A model generated the notes under the pieces. It saw only the letters and a list, made by a program, of their open reading frames with translations. It made no database searches and was not told where the DNA came from. Shown in pieces: positions 29,914-40,107 of a stretch of DNA of 64,000 bases. A program made the position numbers and the translations under genes. Position 1 is the first letter of the stretch. The number at the start of each line of letters is the position of its first letter. Origin of the DNA: Candidatus Multivoradales bacterium. Its GTDB lineage: Bacteria; Acidobacteriota; Thermoanaerobaculia; Multivoradales; JAHEKO01. The stretch covers positions 2,752,001 to 2,816,000 of the forward strand of contig CBDCXM010000009.1 in assembly GCA_965223855.1 (NCBI GenBank), in the 5' to 3' direction.

Positions 29914-32415
29914 ATGGCCGACGAGCTTCACCATCTACCTGTCATTCCGCTGCGTTCGGCGGTGATCTTTCCCGGCGTCAAGACCGTCATCAGCGCCGGC
30001 CGGCCGGGAACCCTGGCAGCCCTCAAGAGGGCGACCTCGGGCAAGGAGCGGCTGGTCTTCGCCGTGGCCCAGCGGTCGGACGTCGAGGAAGCCTCCCCCG
30101 ACGGGCTGTTTACGATCGGCACCGTCGCGCGCATCGAGCAGGTGCAGCGGATCGCGGGAGGCGTCCAGGTCCTTCTCGCCGGCCAGCGGCGGGGAATCGC
30201 GATGAGGATCGGCGAAACCGACGGCGCCCTCGAGGCGACGGTGAGGGATGCGGAGGAGATGTGGCCGTCCGATCCCGGCGAGGCGACCTTCGTCGCTTTG
30301 CAGCGCGAGGTCAGGGAGCGCGCCGCGGAGCTGGCCGGCAAGGCGGGCCTCCCCGACAATCTGGTCGACGAGGTGCTGGCGGAGCGCGAGGACGCTTCGC
30401 AGCTCTCCGACCTGGTCGTCAGCCATCTCGAGCTCGAGATCTCCGACAAGCAGGCCCATCTCGAGACCTTGTCTGTCGAAGATCGGCTGCGGCGCACGCT
30501 CGTTCACCTCCAGCGCCAGATCTCGGTTCTCGACGCCCAGACCGACATCAAGTCCCGGGTGCAGCAGGAGCTGGGCGACCGGCAGCGCGAGATGGTGCTG
30601 CGCGAGCAGCTCAAGGCGATCCAGGAAGAGCTCGGAGAAGGGGAGGATTCTACGGAGCTCGACGAGCTTCGGGAGACGATCGAGCAGCTGGAGTTGCCCC
30701 CCGCGGCCAGAAAGGAAGTCGATCGAGAGCTGGCCCGCCTGGCCCGCCTCCATCGGGAGTCGATGGAGTACCAGGTCGTCCGCGGCTTCCTCGAGGTGGT
30801 CGCGGACCTTCCGTGGAACTCGGAGCCTCGAACCTCGGTCGACCTCGAGCGGGCCGCGGAGATCCTCGAGGAGGATCACTACGGCCTGCCGGAGGTCAAG
30901 GACCGTGTCCTGGAGTTTCTCTCCGTCCAGACCCTTCACGGGCAGCGCCTCCAATCCGAGGCGGCCGACGGGGAGGCCGGGGACCAGATCCTCGCCGACG
31001 CTCCGTCCGTTTCGGAGGACGAGGAATCTTCGCCGGACGAGCTGGACCCGTCGCGAAAGGCCCCGATCCTGCTGTTCGTAGGCCCCCCGGGTGTCGGCAA
31101 GACGTCGATCGCTCAGTCGATCGCGCGGGCGACAGGACGTGAGTACGTCCGCGTTGCGCTCGGTGGAGCGCGCGACGAGGCCGATATTCGCGGCCATCGA
31201 CGGACGTACGTCGGCGCGATGCCCGGTCGGATCGTGCAGGGAATCCGCCAGGCGGGCAGCCGCTCTCCGGTGTTTCTGCTCGACGAGGTCGACAAGCTGG
31301 GCACGTCGTTCCAGGGGGATCCGGCGAGCGCGCTCCTCGAGGTGCTCGATCCGGCACAGAACCATGCCTTCGTCGACCACTACCTCGGCATGCCGTTCGA
31401 CCTCTCCGAGGTCCTCTTCGTCGCCACGGCCAACTTCATCGAGCGGATCCCGGCGCCGCTGCTGGACCGGATGGAGGTGGTCGAATTCAGCGGCTACACC
31501 GAGCAGGAGAAGCTCGAGATCGCGAAGCGCTACCTCGTGCCGAGGCAGCGCCGCGAGAAGGCGCTCACCGAGGAGCAGTGGACGCTCGACGACGAGGCGA
31601 TCCGCCACACGGTCTCTCACTACACGCGCGAGGCGGGGGTGAGACAGCTGGAGCGTGAGCTCGGCAAGCTCGCACGCAAGGTCGCCCGACAGGTCGCGGA
31701 GGGGAAAGTCACGACTGCCCACCTCGACGCCGGGCAGGTGAGAGAGCTGCTGGGTCGACCGAGGATTCATCCCGAGAAGGCCTACACCGCCGATCAGGCG
31801 GGGACGGCGACCGGGATGTACTACACCCCCGCGGGCGGGGACATCATGTTCGTCGAGGCGCGCACCATGCCGGGCAGCGGCCAGCTGGTCCTGACCGGCC
31901 AGCTCGGCGACGTCATGAAGGAGTCGGGACGCGCCGCCTGGAGTTATGCCCTGTCGAGATCCTCGGAGTTCGGGCTCGACGAGACCATGTCCGAGCGCGA
32001 CGTCCACATCCACGTGCCCGCGGGCGCCATCCCGAAGGACGGACCGTCTGCCGGCGTGACGATGGCAACCGCCCTGATCTCGGCTCTCACCGGTGAGACG
32101 GTGAGGCATGAACTCGCGATGACCGGCGAGATCACCCTGTCCGGAAGAGTGCTTCCCATCGGGGGCGTGAAGGAGAAGGTGCTGGGCGCCGTTCGGGCCG
32201 GGATCACGTCGATTCTTCTTCCTCGGGACAACGAGCGAGACCTGGAGGACGTCCCGGCCGAGGTGCTGGAGACTCTGACGGTGATTCCTGTCGACGATCT
32301 CGAAGAGGTGCTGAGTGCAGCCATCCCGGCCCTCGATCGACGGCTGCTCGCCGCGGGTACCGGCGAGGAGACGACAGGTGCGGCGGGTCGCAGGCAGGAC
32401 CCGCTCCCGTCCTGA
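29914..32415 (+). CDS. lon: ATP-dependent protease La
   Basis: LON N-domain, Walker A GPPGVGKTS, GHRRTYVGAMPG, LLDEVDK, PKDGPSAG, IGGVKEK. Confidence 0.97.
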   Translation: MADELHHLPVIPLRSAVIFPGVKTVISAGRPGTLAALKRATSGKERLVFAVAQRSDVEEASPDGLFTIGTVARIEQVQRIAGGVQVLLAGQRRGIAMRIGETDGALEATVRDAEEMWPSDPGEATFVALQREVRERAAELAGKAGLPDNLVDEVLAEREDASQLSDLVVSHLELEISDKQAHLETLSVEDRLRRTLVHLQRQISVLDAQTDIKSRVQQELGDRQREMVLREQLKAIQEELGEGEDSTELDELRETIEQLELPPAARKEVDRELARLARLHRESMEYQVVRGFLEVVADLPWNSEPRTSVDLERAAEILEEDHYGLPEVKDRVLEFLSVQTLHGQRLQSEAADGEAGDQILADAPSVSEDEESSPDELDPSRKAPILLFVGPPGVGKTSIAQSIARATGREYVRVALGGARDEADIRGHRRTYVGAMPGRIVQGIRQAGSRSPVFLLDEVDKLGTSFQGDPASALLEVLDPAQNHAFVDHYLGMPFDLSEVLFVATANFIERIPAPLLDRMEVVEFSGYTEQEKLEIAKRYLVPRQRREKALTEEQWTLDDEAIRHTVSHYTREAGVRQLERELGKLARKVARQVAEGKVTTAHLDAGQVRELLGRPRIHPEKAYTADQAGTATGMYYTPAGGDIMFVEARTMPGSGQLVLTGQLGDVMKESGRAAWSYALSRSSEFGLDETMSERDVHIHVPAGAIPKDGPSAGVTMATALISALTGETVRHELAMTGEITLSGRVLPIGGVKEKVLGAVRAGITSILLPRDNERDLEDVPAEVLETLTVIPVDDLEEVLSAAIPALDRRLLAAGTGEETTGAAGRRQDPLPS

Positions 32416-32469
32416 CGGTTCCTTCCGGATGCCTTGACACCTCCCGACGCCGTGTAGTCGGATCGGGCC

Positions 32470-33024
32470 ATGGCCTGGATTCGGACCATCTCCCCGGGTG
32501 ACGCGACCGGACTGCTTAGGAAGATCTATGACGACGCGGTGCGCCGCGCCGGCAAGGTATTCCGCGTCGTCGAGCTGCAGAGCCCCCGGCCGAAGGTCCT
32601 CCTCGCCTCGATGCGTCTCTATCAGGAGATCATGTTCAGCCCGGAGAGCTCTCTGACTCGGGCGGAACGGGAGATGATCGCCACGGCCGTCTCGGCGGCC
32701 AACGATTGCCACTACTGAACGCGCGCGCACGCCGACGACCTCCGGGCCGAGGTCGAGGATCGCGAAGGAGGCGTCGAACTGGTGGAGGCGGTCGCCTCCG
32801 ACTACCGGTCCGCGCCGCTCTCCGACCGCGAACGTGCCATACTCGATTACGCCATCAAGCTGACGCTTAGGCCGTCGGAGATGAGGCTGGAGGATGTCGA
32901 GGGTCTTCGCGCCGCGGGCCTCGACGACGGAGGGATTCATGATGTTGCGCAAGTTACCGGCTTCTTCGCGCTCTACAACCGTCTTGCGGACGGTCTGGGA
33001 ATAGACCCGGAGCCTGACTGGTGA
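32470..33024 (+). CDS. AhpD/carboxymuconolactone-decarboxylase-like peroxidase, probable selenoprotein (CxxU)
   Basis: Two ORF-track pieces share one frame; EREMIATAVSAANDCHY-TGA-TRAH places TGA at the second Cys of CxxC; downstream hairpin 32736-32755. Confidence 0.8.
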
Positions 33025-35069
33025 ATCTGAAACTCGAGTATCAGAGCTTCCAGGAGTTCGCTTCCGAGGTCTGGCCCTGCCTCTCCGAAGAGGCGATGTG
33101 GGTGCCGTCGGAAGATCCCGCCGGAGTCGGGGAGGTGGTCGACTTCGACGTGACGCTGGCAGACGGTTTCCGCCTGTTTCACGGCACCGGCCATGTGGTG
33201 TCCGTCGGGACGGGACCGGCCGACGGTCCGGCCGGCAGCGGGATGATGATCAGTTTCGATCATCTCGATCGGCCGAGCCGCAACCTGATCCGCAAGGTGG
33301 TCAGCAAGCACGTCGCCGAAGGAGGCACGAAGTTCGAGCCGAAGATTCACGCACCCAAGGTTGAGCTCGTAGGAGATGACGACGTGGCGTCGCCGACCGT
33401 CACGGCAAGCGAGCCCGATTCCGACGAGCAGGCCGATAGCCCCGACCCGAGCGGAGACCGAGACACCGTGGACTTCCTCGTCGGCACCGCGGGCAGCGTC
33501 GAGGGCGAGGACCACGATGAGGCGGACACACCCGCCTTCGATCCTCCGCCTCCGGCGATCGAGGAAGAGGCTGCGAGCGACTCCGGGCTCGACATCGATC
33601 TCGCTCTCGACGAGGAGGCTTCGATGCCCGAGGAGCAGGACGACGATTCGTCTCTCGATCGCACCGTGATCGCGGCCGGACCGGTCACAGGAGCGTGGGG
33701 CGAGGACCGCCAGCCCGACCTGTCGAGCTTCCTCAGGCCGAGCGACAGCGAGCCTCCCGAGGAGAGCTCGGAAGAGACCGTCGACCTGCGGCATCACCTC
33801 GAGGAGTCGGAAGCCGAGCAGGACGAGCCGGCCTCGCCGGGCGTGACCCAGATCAGCGACATGAGCGCCGCCGAGGATCTCTCGCTCGAGGAGACCACCT
33901 TGACGAGCGACCTGGGGGCACCCCTCGAGGATCTGGACCGGACCGAAACCTCCGCGCTCGAGGCCGACGGGGGCGACTCGACCGCTTCGACGGAGTGGCA
34001 GGAGACGCGGGAGGAGTTCCTCGGAGCGCTTGCCGCTGCGGAGGATGATCGGCGTCAGTTCGATCCGGAGGGTCCTTCGAGCCTCGACCCGGAGAGTGAC
34101 GCCGCCGACCCGTGGAGGTCCCAGACCGAAGTCGGGACGACTCAACCCCTGACGCCTGGCCCTCCGGTGGAGGAGCCGCCTTCATGGAGCGAGGCGGAAG
34201 AGCCGCACGACGCCGCTGTCGGCGTCGAAGCCGACGGCGAGTGGGAGGAGGGGGCCGCACGCACCGCATGGTGGCCGTGGGTGCTCGTCGGCGTTCTGGG
34301 GCTGGCTGCCGGGGTGTTTGTTGCGCGCCAGATCGGTATCGGAGGCTGGGGGCCGACATCCGAACCGGCGACGCCCCCCGCCGGCGAGCTCACGGTACAG
34401 CAGCGCGGCGTGGCCGACGGCTCCCCGTCACCGGGAGAAACCACCGGTGCCGACACCCTCGATCGTCCCGCCGACGAGAGGACGGACCCGGCCGGCGACG
34501 GACCTGCGGAGTTCGCGGAGGAAGAGGCCGACGAGGAACTTGCGGAAGCGTCGGCGCCCGGCGAGGCGGCAGGAGCTCTCGAGGCCCCGATGCCGACGAT
34601 CGAGCCGTCGGACTCCGCCGTCGCCGCCGAGCCGGAGGCAGCCGGCGAGAGCGCTGCAGCCGAGGAACCGGAGACGAGACTCGCGGAGACGGCTCCGTCG
34701 GAGGCGGAACCCGATTCGTCTGTCAGTCCGGTGAAGCTCGAGCGGATTACGTTCCGGCGGGAGGGGGCGACGACCGTGGTGTCGCTCGGCCTCGATCGTC
34801 AGGTGACGGTCGATCGGATCGAGAACCTGAGGGTCGCGGGCGGAGAGCCGCGACACGTCGTCAAGATCCTCGGGATCGCGGGTCAGATTCCGGAAACCGT
34901 GGAGATCGGGACAGGCGAGGTCGTGAGGCTTCGATTCGGCAAGCACCGGGTCGGGGGCACGATGCAACTCCACGTGGTCGCCGACCTGACGGGCGGGGCG
35001 GTCGAGTGGCGAGGGCCGGTCGAGATCGACGGCCGGACGCTCCAGGTCCGCTTCGCCGGCGCCGAGTAG
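33021..35069 (+). CDS. PilZ-like N-domain, acidic linker, TM helix and AMIN-like periplasmic domain
   Basis: CLSEEAMWV...GMMISF (PilZ-like), D/E/P-rich linker, WWPWVLVGVLG TM, PRHVVKI...RLRFG...LHVVADL. Confidence 0.7.
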   Translation: MNLKLEYQSFQEFASEVWPCLSEEAMWVPSEDPAGVGEVVDFDVTLADGFRLFHGTGHVVSVGTGPADGPAGSGMMISFDHLDRPSRNLIRKVVSKHVAEGGTKFEPKIHAPKVELVGDDDVASPTVTASEPDSDEQADSPDPSGDRDTVDFLVGTAGSVEGEDHDEADTPAFDPPPPAIEEEAASDSGLDIDLALDEEASMPEEQDDDSSLDRTVIAAGPVTGAWGEDRQPDLSSFLRPSDSEPPEESSEETVDLRHHLEESEAEQDEPASPGVTQISDMSAAEDLSLEETTLTSDLGAPLEDLDRTETSALEADGGDSTASTEWQETREEFLGALAAAEDDRRQFDPEGPSSLDPESDAADPWRSQTEVGTTQPLTPGPPVEEPPSWSEAEEPHDAAVGVEADGEWEEGAARTAWWPWVLVGVLGLAAGVFVARQIGIGGWGPTSEPATPPAGELTVQQRGVADGSPSPGETTGADTLDRPADERTDPAGDGPAEFAEEEADEELAEASAPGEAAGALEAPMPTIEPSDSAVAAEPEAAGESAAAEEPETRLAETAPSEAEPDSSVSPVKLERITFRREGATTVVSLGLDRQVTVDRIENLRVAGGEPRHVVKILGIAGQIPETVEIGTGEVVRLRFGKHRVGGTMQLHVVADLTGGAVEWRGPVEIDGRTLQVRFAGAE

Positions 35070-35163
35070 CAGCGGAAGAAGCTCCAGGCGTGTCGCCGGC
35101 TCGCCGGTGGCCGGGATCTCACTCCGAAGCGGCCCCGGAGGCGCGGCGGGGACGGGGGCTTTG

Positions 35164-35928
35164 TCAGGGGACGCTGCGAACGACGCTCGCCGGCCGTTCG
35201 TCGGGGGCAGGCGGCCACGGGATGAGAAGCCCACGGCCGACCGCCTTCGCGACGTCCTCTCCGAACAGCAGGTCGGCGAGGTACATCGCGGCGTCGTAGG
35301 ACTTGACGCCCCCCTCAGAGGTGATCCTCGCGCCGTCGTGGACGAAGCTGACGTTGAAGCGCAGATCGAGCTCGGGGAAACGCTCGGCGAAGCGCGCGTA
35401 GTCGGCGGGGAAGGTCGTCAGCGCGTGCCCCTCGAGCAGGCCCGCCTCGGCGAGGACGAAAGCACCCCAGCACAGGGACAGCACATATCGGGCCTCACCT
35501 CCGGCGGTGGCGACCCACTCGACGAGTTCGCGGTTTTCGAGGTCTGAGTCCCTGCTGCCCCTGGCTGAGGGTACGACCAGGACGTCGATCGGACCCGCTG
35601 ACTCAAAACTCCGATCCGGCTGGAGGCGAAGCCCCTCGGCGGTGGTGACGGGTCCGCCGTCCGGCGAGACGGTGAGGACCTCGACCGCCCGGGCGGAGTC
35701 GTAGTGGCGGGCATGCTCGAGAACGTCGAGCGGTGCGACGAGCTCGGTGTTGTAGACGCCGTCCACGACGAGGAAGGCGATCGTCCAGGGCTCTTCTCCA
35801 GCATCCTGCTCGGGAGGGACGACGTCTACCGCGTTCGCTGCACACGCGGTCATCGAGAGGAGCGCGAGCAGCAGCGAGGCGGCGCGTGGCAGGAGTTCTC
35901 TTCGGCTCACGGGCGGGGAGTGTAGCAC
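35164..35928 (-). CDS. DJ-1/PfpI family protein
   Basis: ELVAPLDVL, DVLVVP, LSLCWGAFVLAEAGLL. Confidence 0.88.
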   Translation of the reverse strand: MLHSPPVSRRELLPRAASLLLALLSMTACAANAVDVVPPEQDAGEEPWTIAFLVVDGVYNTELVAPLDVLEHARHYDSARAVEVLTVSPDGGPVTTAEGLRLQPDRSFESAGPIDVLVVPSARGSRDSDLENRELVEWVATAGGEARYVLSLCWGAFVLAEAGLLEGHALTTFPADYARFAERFPELDLRFNVSFVHDGARITSEGGVKSYDAAMYLADLLFGEDVAKAVGRGLLIPWPPAPDERPASVVRSVP

Positions 35929-36069
35929 CCGGCTGCAGGGCGATTTCGCGACCGATAGGCGGCCACGAGAGGGGGAAGATCCCGATGCGATCGGCGATTG
36001 CGGGCCGCGTTAGAATGGCTCGCCCGGCTACGGGCTCCCACCGACCAACCCCCCTAGGAGAATCTTCCA

Positions 36070-36495
36070 TTGCCTTATCCCGAATTGATGGTCAAGCCGA
36101 TGCGTGACGAACTCGCCGCCGCTGGTGTGCGAGAGCTGCGCACGACAGAAGAGGTCGACGAGGTCCTGGGATCGAACGACGGCACGACGCTACTGGTCGT
36201 CAACTCGGTCTGCGGGTGCGCCGCGGGACAGGCCCGTCCAGGGGTGCGCCGCGCTCTCGAGCACGAGGTGACGCCGACCCGCAAAGCCACCGTCTTCGCC
36301 GGCCAGGATCTGGAGGCGACCGCCCGAGCTCGAGAGCATTTCGCCGACGTGCCGCCCAGCAGCCCTTCGATCGCGCTCTTCAAGGACGGCGAGCTGGCCT
36401 ATTTCGTGCCGCGCCACCGGATCGAGAACCGTTCCGCCGAGGAACTGGCGGCTGATCTCATCGGCGCCTTCGACCGTTTCTGCGCCCCGGCCTGA
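36070..36495 (+). CDS. BrxA/BrxB family bacilliredoxin
   Basis: VVNSVCGCAAGQARPG, TVFAGQD.EAT, PSSPSIALFKDG. Confidence 0.92.
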   Translation: MPYPELMVKPMRDELAAAGVRELRTTEEVDEVLGSNDGTTLLVVNSVCGCAAGQARPGVRRALEHEVTPTRKATVFAGQDLEATARAREHFADVPPSSPSIALFKDGELAYFVPRHRIENRSAEELAADLIGAFDRFCAPA

Positions 36496-36506
36496 ACCTC
36501 TCGGTC

Positions 36507-36788
36507 GTGGGAACGTTCCACCAGGACAAGAGCGCCCTTCATGGGATTACCGTAGTCGTCGAGTCGACCGGGGCGGAGCTCTTCGTCGGCCGTTGCGACG
36601 ACGAGAACGAAGAAGCGGTGATCCTGCTCGACGCGGACGTGCACGTCGAGGGCGAGGGAGACAAGTCGCGCGAGGAGTACCTCCTTGCGGCCGCTCGCTT
36701 CGGCGTTTGGAAGAAGCACGATCGGCTGGTCATCCCGAGAGCTCAGGTTGCTTCGATTCGCCCGCTGGGTGAGTTCGACGCTGATTGA
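36507..36788 (+). CDS. small hypothetical protein (possible Sm-like fold)
   Basis: Compact ORF coupled between the bacilliredoxin gene and pruA; LHGITVVV...VGRC. Confidence 0.7.
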   Translation: MGTFHQDKSALHGITVVVESTGAELFVGRCDDENEEAVILLDADVHVEGEGDKSREEYLLAAARFGVWKKHDRLVIPRAQVASIRPLGEFDAD

Positions 36789-36841
36789 ACAGGCGGCTGC
36801 CCAAGCCGCATCGAAGCGGCCCAGCGCCGTGAGGAGGAAGC

Positions 36842-38473
36842 ATGTCGAATTCCATCGTCAACATCCCTGATCCGGTCAACGAGCCGGTACGCGACTATCG
36901 ACCGGGCTCTGCCCATACCCGGTCTCTCGAAGAGCAGCTGCAGGCGATGCTGTCGGAGGTGGTCGAGGTTCCGCTGATCATCGGCGGAGAAGAGGTGCGG
37001 ACCGGCACGACCGAGCCTGCCGTCTGCCCCCATGATCACGGGCACGTCCTGGCGCAGGTGCATCAGGGTGGAACGGAGGAGGTCGAGCGCGCCGTCGAGG
37101 CTTCGCAGCGGGCCTGGCACGAGTGGTCGGAGATGGCCTGGGAGGCGAGGGCGGCGGTGTTCCTCAAGGCGGCGGAGCTCCTCGCCGGGCCGTGGCGCGA
37201 CACCCTCAACGCGGCGACCATGCTCAACCAGTCGAAGACGGTCTTCCAGGCGGAGATCGACGCCGCGTGCGAGCTGATCGATTTCTGGCGCTTCAACGCC
37301 CACTATATGCAGGAGATCTACCGCGGTCAGCCGCAGTCCGCGCCGGGAATCTGGAATCGGGTGGAGTACCGCGCGCTCGAGGGATTCGTCTTCGCGGTCA
37401 CGCCGTTCAACTTCACATCGATCGCCGGCAACCTTCCGACCGCCCCGGCGCTGATGGGCAACACCGCGCTGTGGAAGCCGGCCTCGACCTCGGTGCTGTC
37501 CGGTTACTACATCGTCCGACTTCTCGAGGAAGCAGGCCTTCCGCCCGGAGTGATCAACTTCGTACCGGGGCGTGGGAGCCGTATCGGCAATCCGGCGCTG
37601 GCGAGCGAGCATCTGGCCGGGATCCACTTCACCGGCTCGACGGCGGTCTTCCAGGGGATGTGGAGGCAGGTCGGCGAGGCGATCGCCGGCTACCGCTCAT
37701 ATCCCAGAATCGTCGGCGAGACCGGCGGCAAGGACTTCGTCTTCGCCCACCCGTCGGCCGATGTCGATGCGCTGGTGATCGCCCTCCTCCGCGGCGCCTT
37801 CGAGTATCAGGGGCAGAAGTGCTCGGCGGCCTCGCGGGCCTACATTCCCAGCTCGCTGTGGAGCCGGGTGCGCTCCGACCTCGTCGATCAGGTCGAGTCG
37901 ATCGCCATGGGCTCGCCGCTCGACTTCTCGAACTTCATGGCGGCAGTGATCGACGAGAAGTCGTTCGACAACACGCTCGGGTACGTCGAGCACGCACGGA
38001 CGACGGGTGGGTTCGAGATTCTCACCGGGGGGAGCGGCGACAAGTCGGAGGGCTACTTCGTACAGCCGACGGTCGTACTCTCCGAGGATCCGCGCTCGAA
38101 GCTCATGACCGAAGAGATCTTCGCTCCGGTTCTGACGATCCACGTCTACGACGATTCAAGGCTCGACGACGCCCTGGCCACGTGCGACGGCGGGAGCCCC
38201 TACGGACTGACAGGTGCCATCTTTGCCCAGGATCGGGCGGCGATCGAGAGCATGAGCCGGGCGCTGCGCCATGCCGCCGGCAACTTCTACATCAACGACA
38301 AGCCGACCGGAGCCGTGGTCGGTCAGCAGCCGTTCGGCGGCTCGCGCGCGTCGGGCACCAACGACAAGGCGGGCTCGCCGCTCAACCTGCTGCGGTGGAC
38401 CAGCCAGCGGGCGATCAAGGAGACTTTCGTGCCGCCGCTCTCGTACCGATATCCCCACATGGGCGACGGCTAG
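36842..38473 (+). CDS. pruA: L-glutamate gamma-semialdehyde (P5C) dehydrogenase
   Basis: AEIDAACELIDF, PFNFT, FTGST, GETGGK, FEYQGQKCSA, GQQPFGGSRASGTNDKAG. Confidence 0.95.
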   Translation: MSNSIVNIPDPVNEPVRDYRPGSAHTRSLEEQLQAMLSEVVEVPLIIGGEEVRTGTTEPAVCPHDHGHVLAQVHQGGTEEVERAVEASQRAWHEWSEMAWEARAAVFLKAAELLAGPWRDTLNAATMLNQSKTVFQAEIDAACELIDFWRFNAHYMQEIYRGQPQSAPGIWNRVEYRALEGFVFAVTPFNFTSIAGNLPTAPALMGNTALWKPASTSVLSGYYIVRLLEEAGLPPGVINFVPGRGSRIGNPALASEHLAGIHFTGSTAVFQGMWRQVGEAIAGYRSYPRIVGETGGKDFVFAHPSADVDALVIALLRGAFEYQGQKCSAASRAYIPSSLWSRVRSDLVDQVESIAMGSPLDFSNFMAAVIDEKSFDNTLGYVEHARTTGGFEILTGGSGDKSEGYFVQPTVVLSEDPRSKLMTEEIFAPVLTIHVYDDSRLDDALATCDGGSPYGLTGAIFAQDRAAIESMSRALRHAAGNFYINDKPTGAVVGQQPFGGSRASGTNDKAGSPLNLLRWTSQRAIKETFVPPLSYRYPHMGDG

Positions 38474-38485
38474 CTCGGGAAGACG

Positions 38486-39247
38486 TTGTCGGCCGAGCGA
38501 CCTGCCGAACCGGTGGAGGGAGGCGGCCGGAGCCGACTCGCGATCTTCGATGTCGACGGGACGCTCGTCGATACCACCGCGTTGGACGAGGCGTGCTACC
38601 TCACAGCCCTCCAGAAGGTCTTCGACCTGCAGATTTCCGAGCAGGGGTGGAGTTGGGATCGCGAGCCCAACGTCACGGACAGCGGTCTGCTCGAATCCGT
38701 CGTCAATCGTCGGCGCGGATCGTCGCCGTCTGCTCAGGAGCGTCTGGCCTTCGAAAGGACCTTCGTCGGTCTGGTGAAGAGCGCGTTGGAGGAGAAGCCG
38801 GCACGTCAGATCGTCGGCGCCGGCGCTCTTCTGGAGGCACTGCAGGGCGCCCCAGACTGGGAGGTCGCCTTCGCCACGGGCGGCTTCGCCTCTTCGGCTC
38901 GACTGAAACTCGTCTCGGCCGGGCTTGCGGGTGAAGCGTTGGGCGGCGGCCCAAGACTGGTTGGTTGCGACCACAGTCCGGTGAGAAGCGAGATTGTGGC
39001 GCGGGCCGCCTCTTCGTTTCCTCATGCGCGGGACTGGGTCTCGATCGGCGATGGACCCTGGGACGCTCGCACCGCGGCGGAGCTCGGAATCGGCTTCGTA
39101 GGCGTCGTCCCCGCCGGGGTGGCGAGCCGGCAGCGTGCCGCACACCTCGGCCGTCTGGGAGCGACGGCGGTCCTCACCGACTACCGGGACCTCGGGAGTG
39201 TGCTCGCCACCCTCGAGCGGGCTGCGAGTCCCCGGATCCAGCCTTGA
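38486..39247 (+). CDS. HAD family hydrolase
   Basis: IFDVDGTLVD, ATG, IGDGPWD. Confidence 0.88.
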   Translation: MSAERPAEPVEGGGRSRLAIFDVDGTLVDTTALDEACYLTALQKVFDLQISEQGWSWDREPNVTDSGLLESVVNRRRGSSPSAQERLAFERTFVGLVKSALEEKPARQIVGAGALLEALQGAPDWEVAFATGGFASSARLKLVSAGLAGEALGGGPRLVGCDHSPVRSEIVARAASSFPHARDWVSIGDGPWDARTAAELGIGFVGVVPAGVASRQRAAHLGRLGATAVLTDYRDLGSVLATLERAASPRIQP

Positions 39248-39276
39248 TCGGCAGAAGGCCTTGCTAGGGTGAGGGC

Positions 39277-40107
39277 ATGAGGATCGCTGCGGTCATCCCG
39301 ACACGCGACCGCAACGATCGTGTGCGGAAAGCGGTGAGGTCGGTCCTCGAGCAGGTTCGCCCGGTCGATGAGTTGATCGTCGTCGACGACGGATCCTCGG
39401 ACGGGACGGTAGAAGCTGTCGAAAGAGAGTTCGGCGACTCGGTCAGGATCCTACAGTCGAACGGCCGAGGGGTCAGTGCCGCCCGGAACCTGGGTGTGGC
39501 TGCTGCGAGCGCCTCCTGGATCGCCTTCCTCGATTCGGACGATCTCTGGCTTCCGGAAAAGCTCGAGCGCCAGGAGAGTGCCTGGAGGGAGGCGGACGAA
39601 CATCGAATCGTCCACAGCGACGAGATCTGGATCCGTGACGGAGTCCGGGTCAATCCACGAAAGCGCCACGCCAAGCGCGGTGGAAGGATCTTCCTCGACT
39701 GTCTTCCGCTGTGCGTCATCTCCCCGTCGAGCGTGCTTCTCGAGCGCCGGCTCTTCGAAGAGGTCGGCCGGTTCGACGAGAGTCTTCCGGCGTGTGAGGA
39801 TTACGACCTCTGGCTGCGGATCTGTGCCTCCGAGCCGGTGCTCTTTGTCGACGAACCGCTGGTGGTCAAGCACGGCGGGCATGACGATCAGCTTTCGCGC
39901 ACCGTCCCGGCGCTGGATCGTCACCGGATAGAAGCCCTGAGACGACTGCGCGGCAACCCCCGCCTGAGCGAGCTCGAGAGCAGGGCCCTCGAGCGTGAGC
40001 TGGCCCGCAAGGTCGGCGTCTACGCCTCCGGCGCCCGGAGGCGGGGGCGCGTCGAAGAAGCGGAGCGCTGCGAGGCGCTGGTCGCGCAGGTGGCGGCAGA
40101 CGCGTGA
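39277..40107 (+). CDS. glycosyltransferase family 2
   Basis: VVDDGSSD, GVSAARN, FLDSDD, CEDYDLWLR. Confidence 0.92.
   Translation: MRIAAVIPTRDRNDRVRKAVRSVLEQVRPVDELIVVDDGSSDGTVEAVEREFGDSVRILQSNGRGVSAARNLGVAAASASWIAFLDSDDLWLPEKLERQESAWREADEHRIVHSDEIWIRDGVRVNPRKRHAKRGGRIFLDCLPLCVISPSSVLLERRLFEEVGRFDESLPACEDYDLWLRICASEPVLFVDEPLVVKHGGHDDQLSRTVPALDRHRIEALRRLRGNPRLSELESRALERELARKVGVYASGARRRGRVEEAERCEALVAQVAADA

Noticed and set aside
29935-32952. 1005-aa minus-strand ORF, and the 1042-aa ORF 50377..53505
   Set aside because: Antisense shadows of lon and of the Hsp70-operon genes, typical of high-GC DNA
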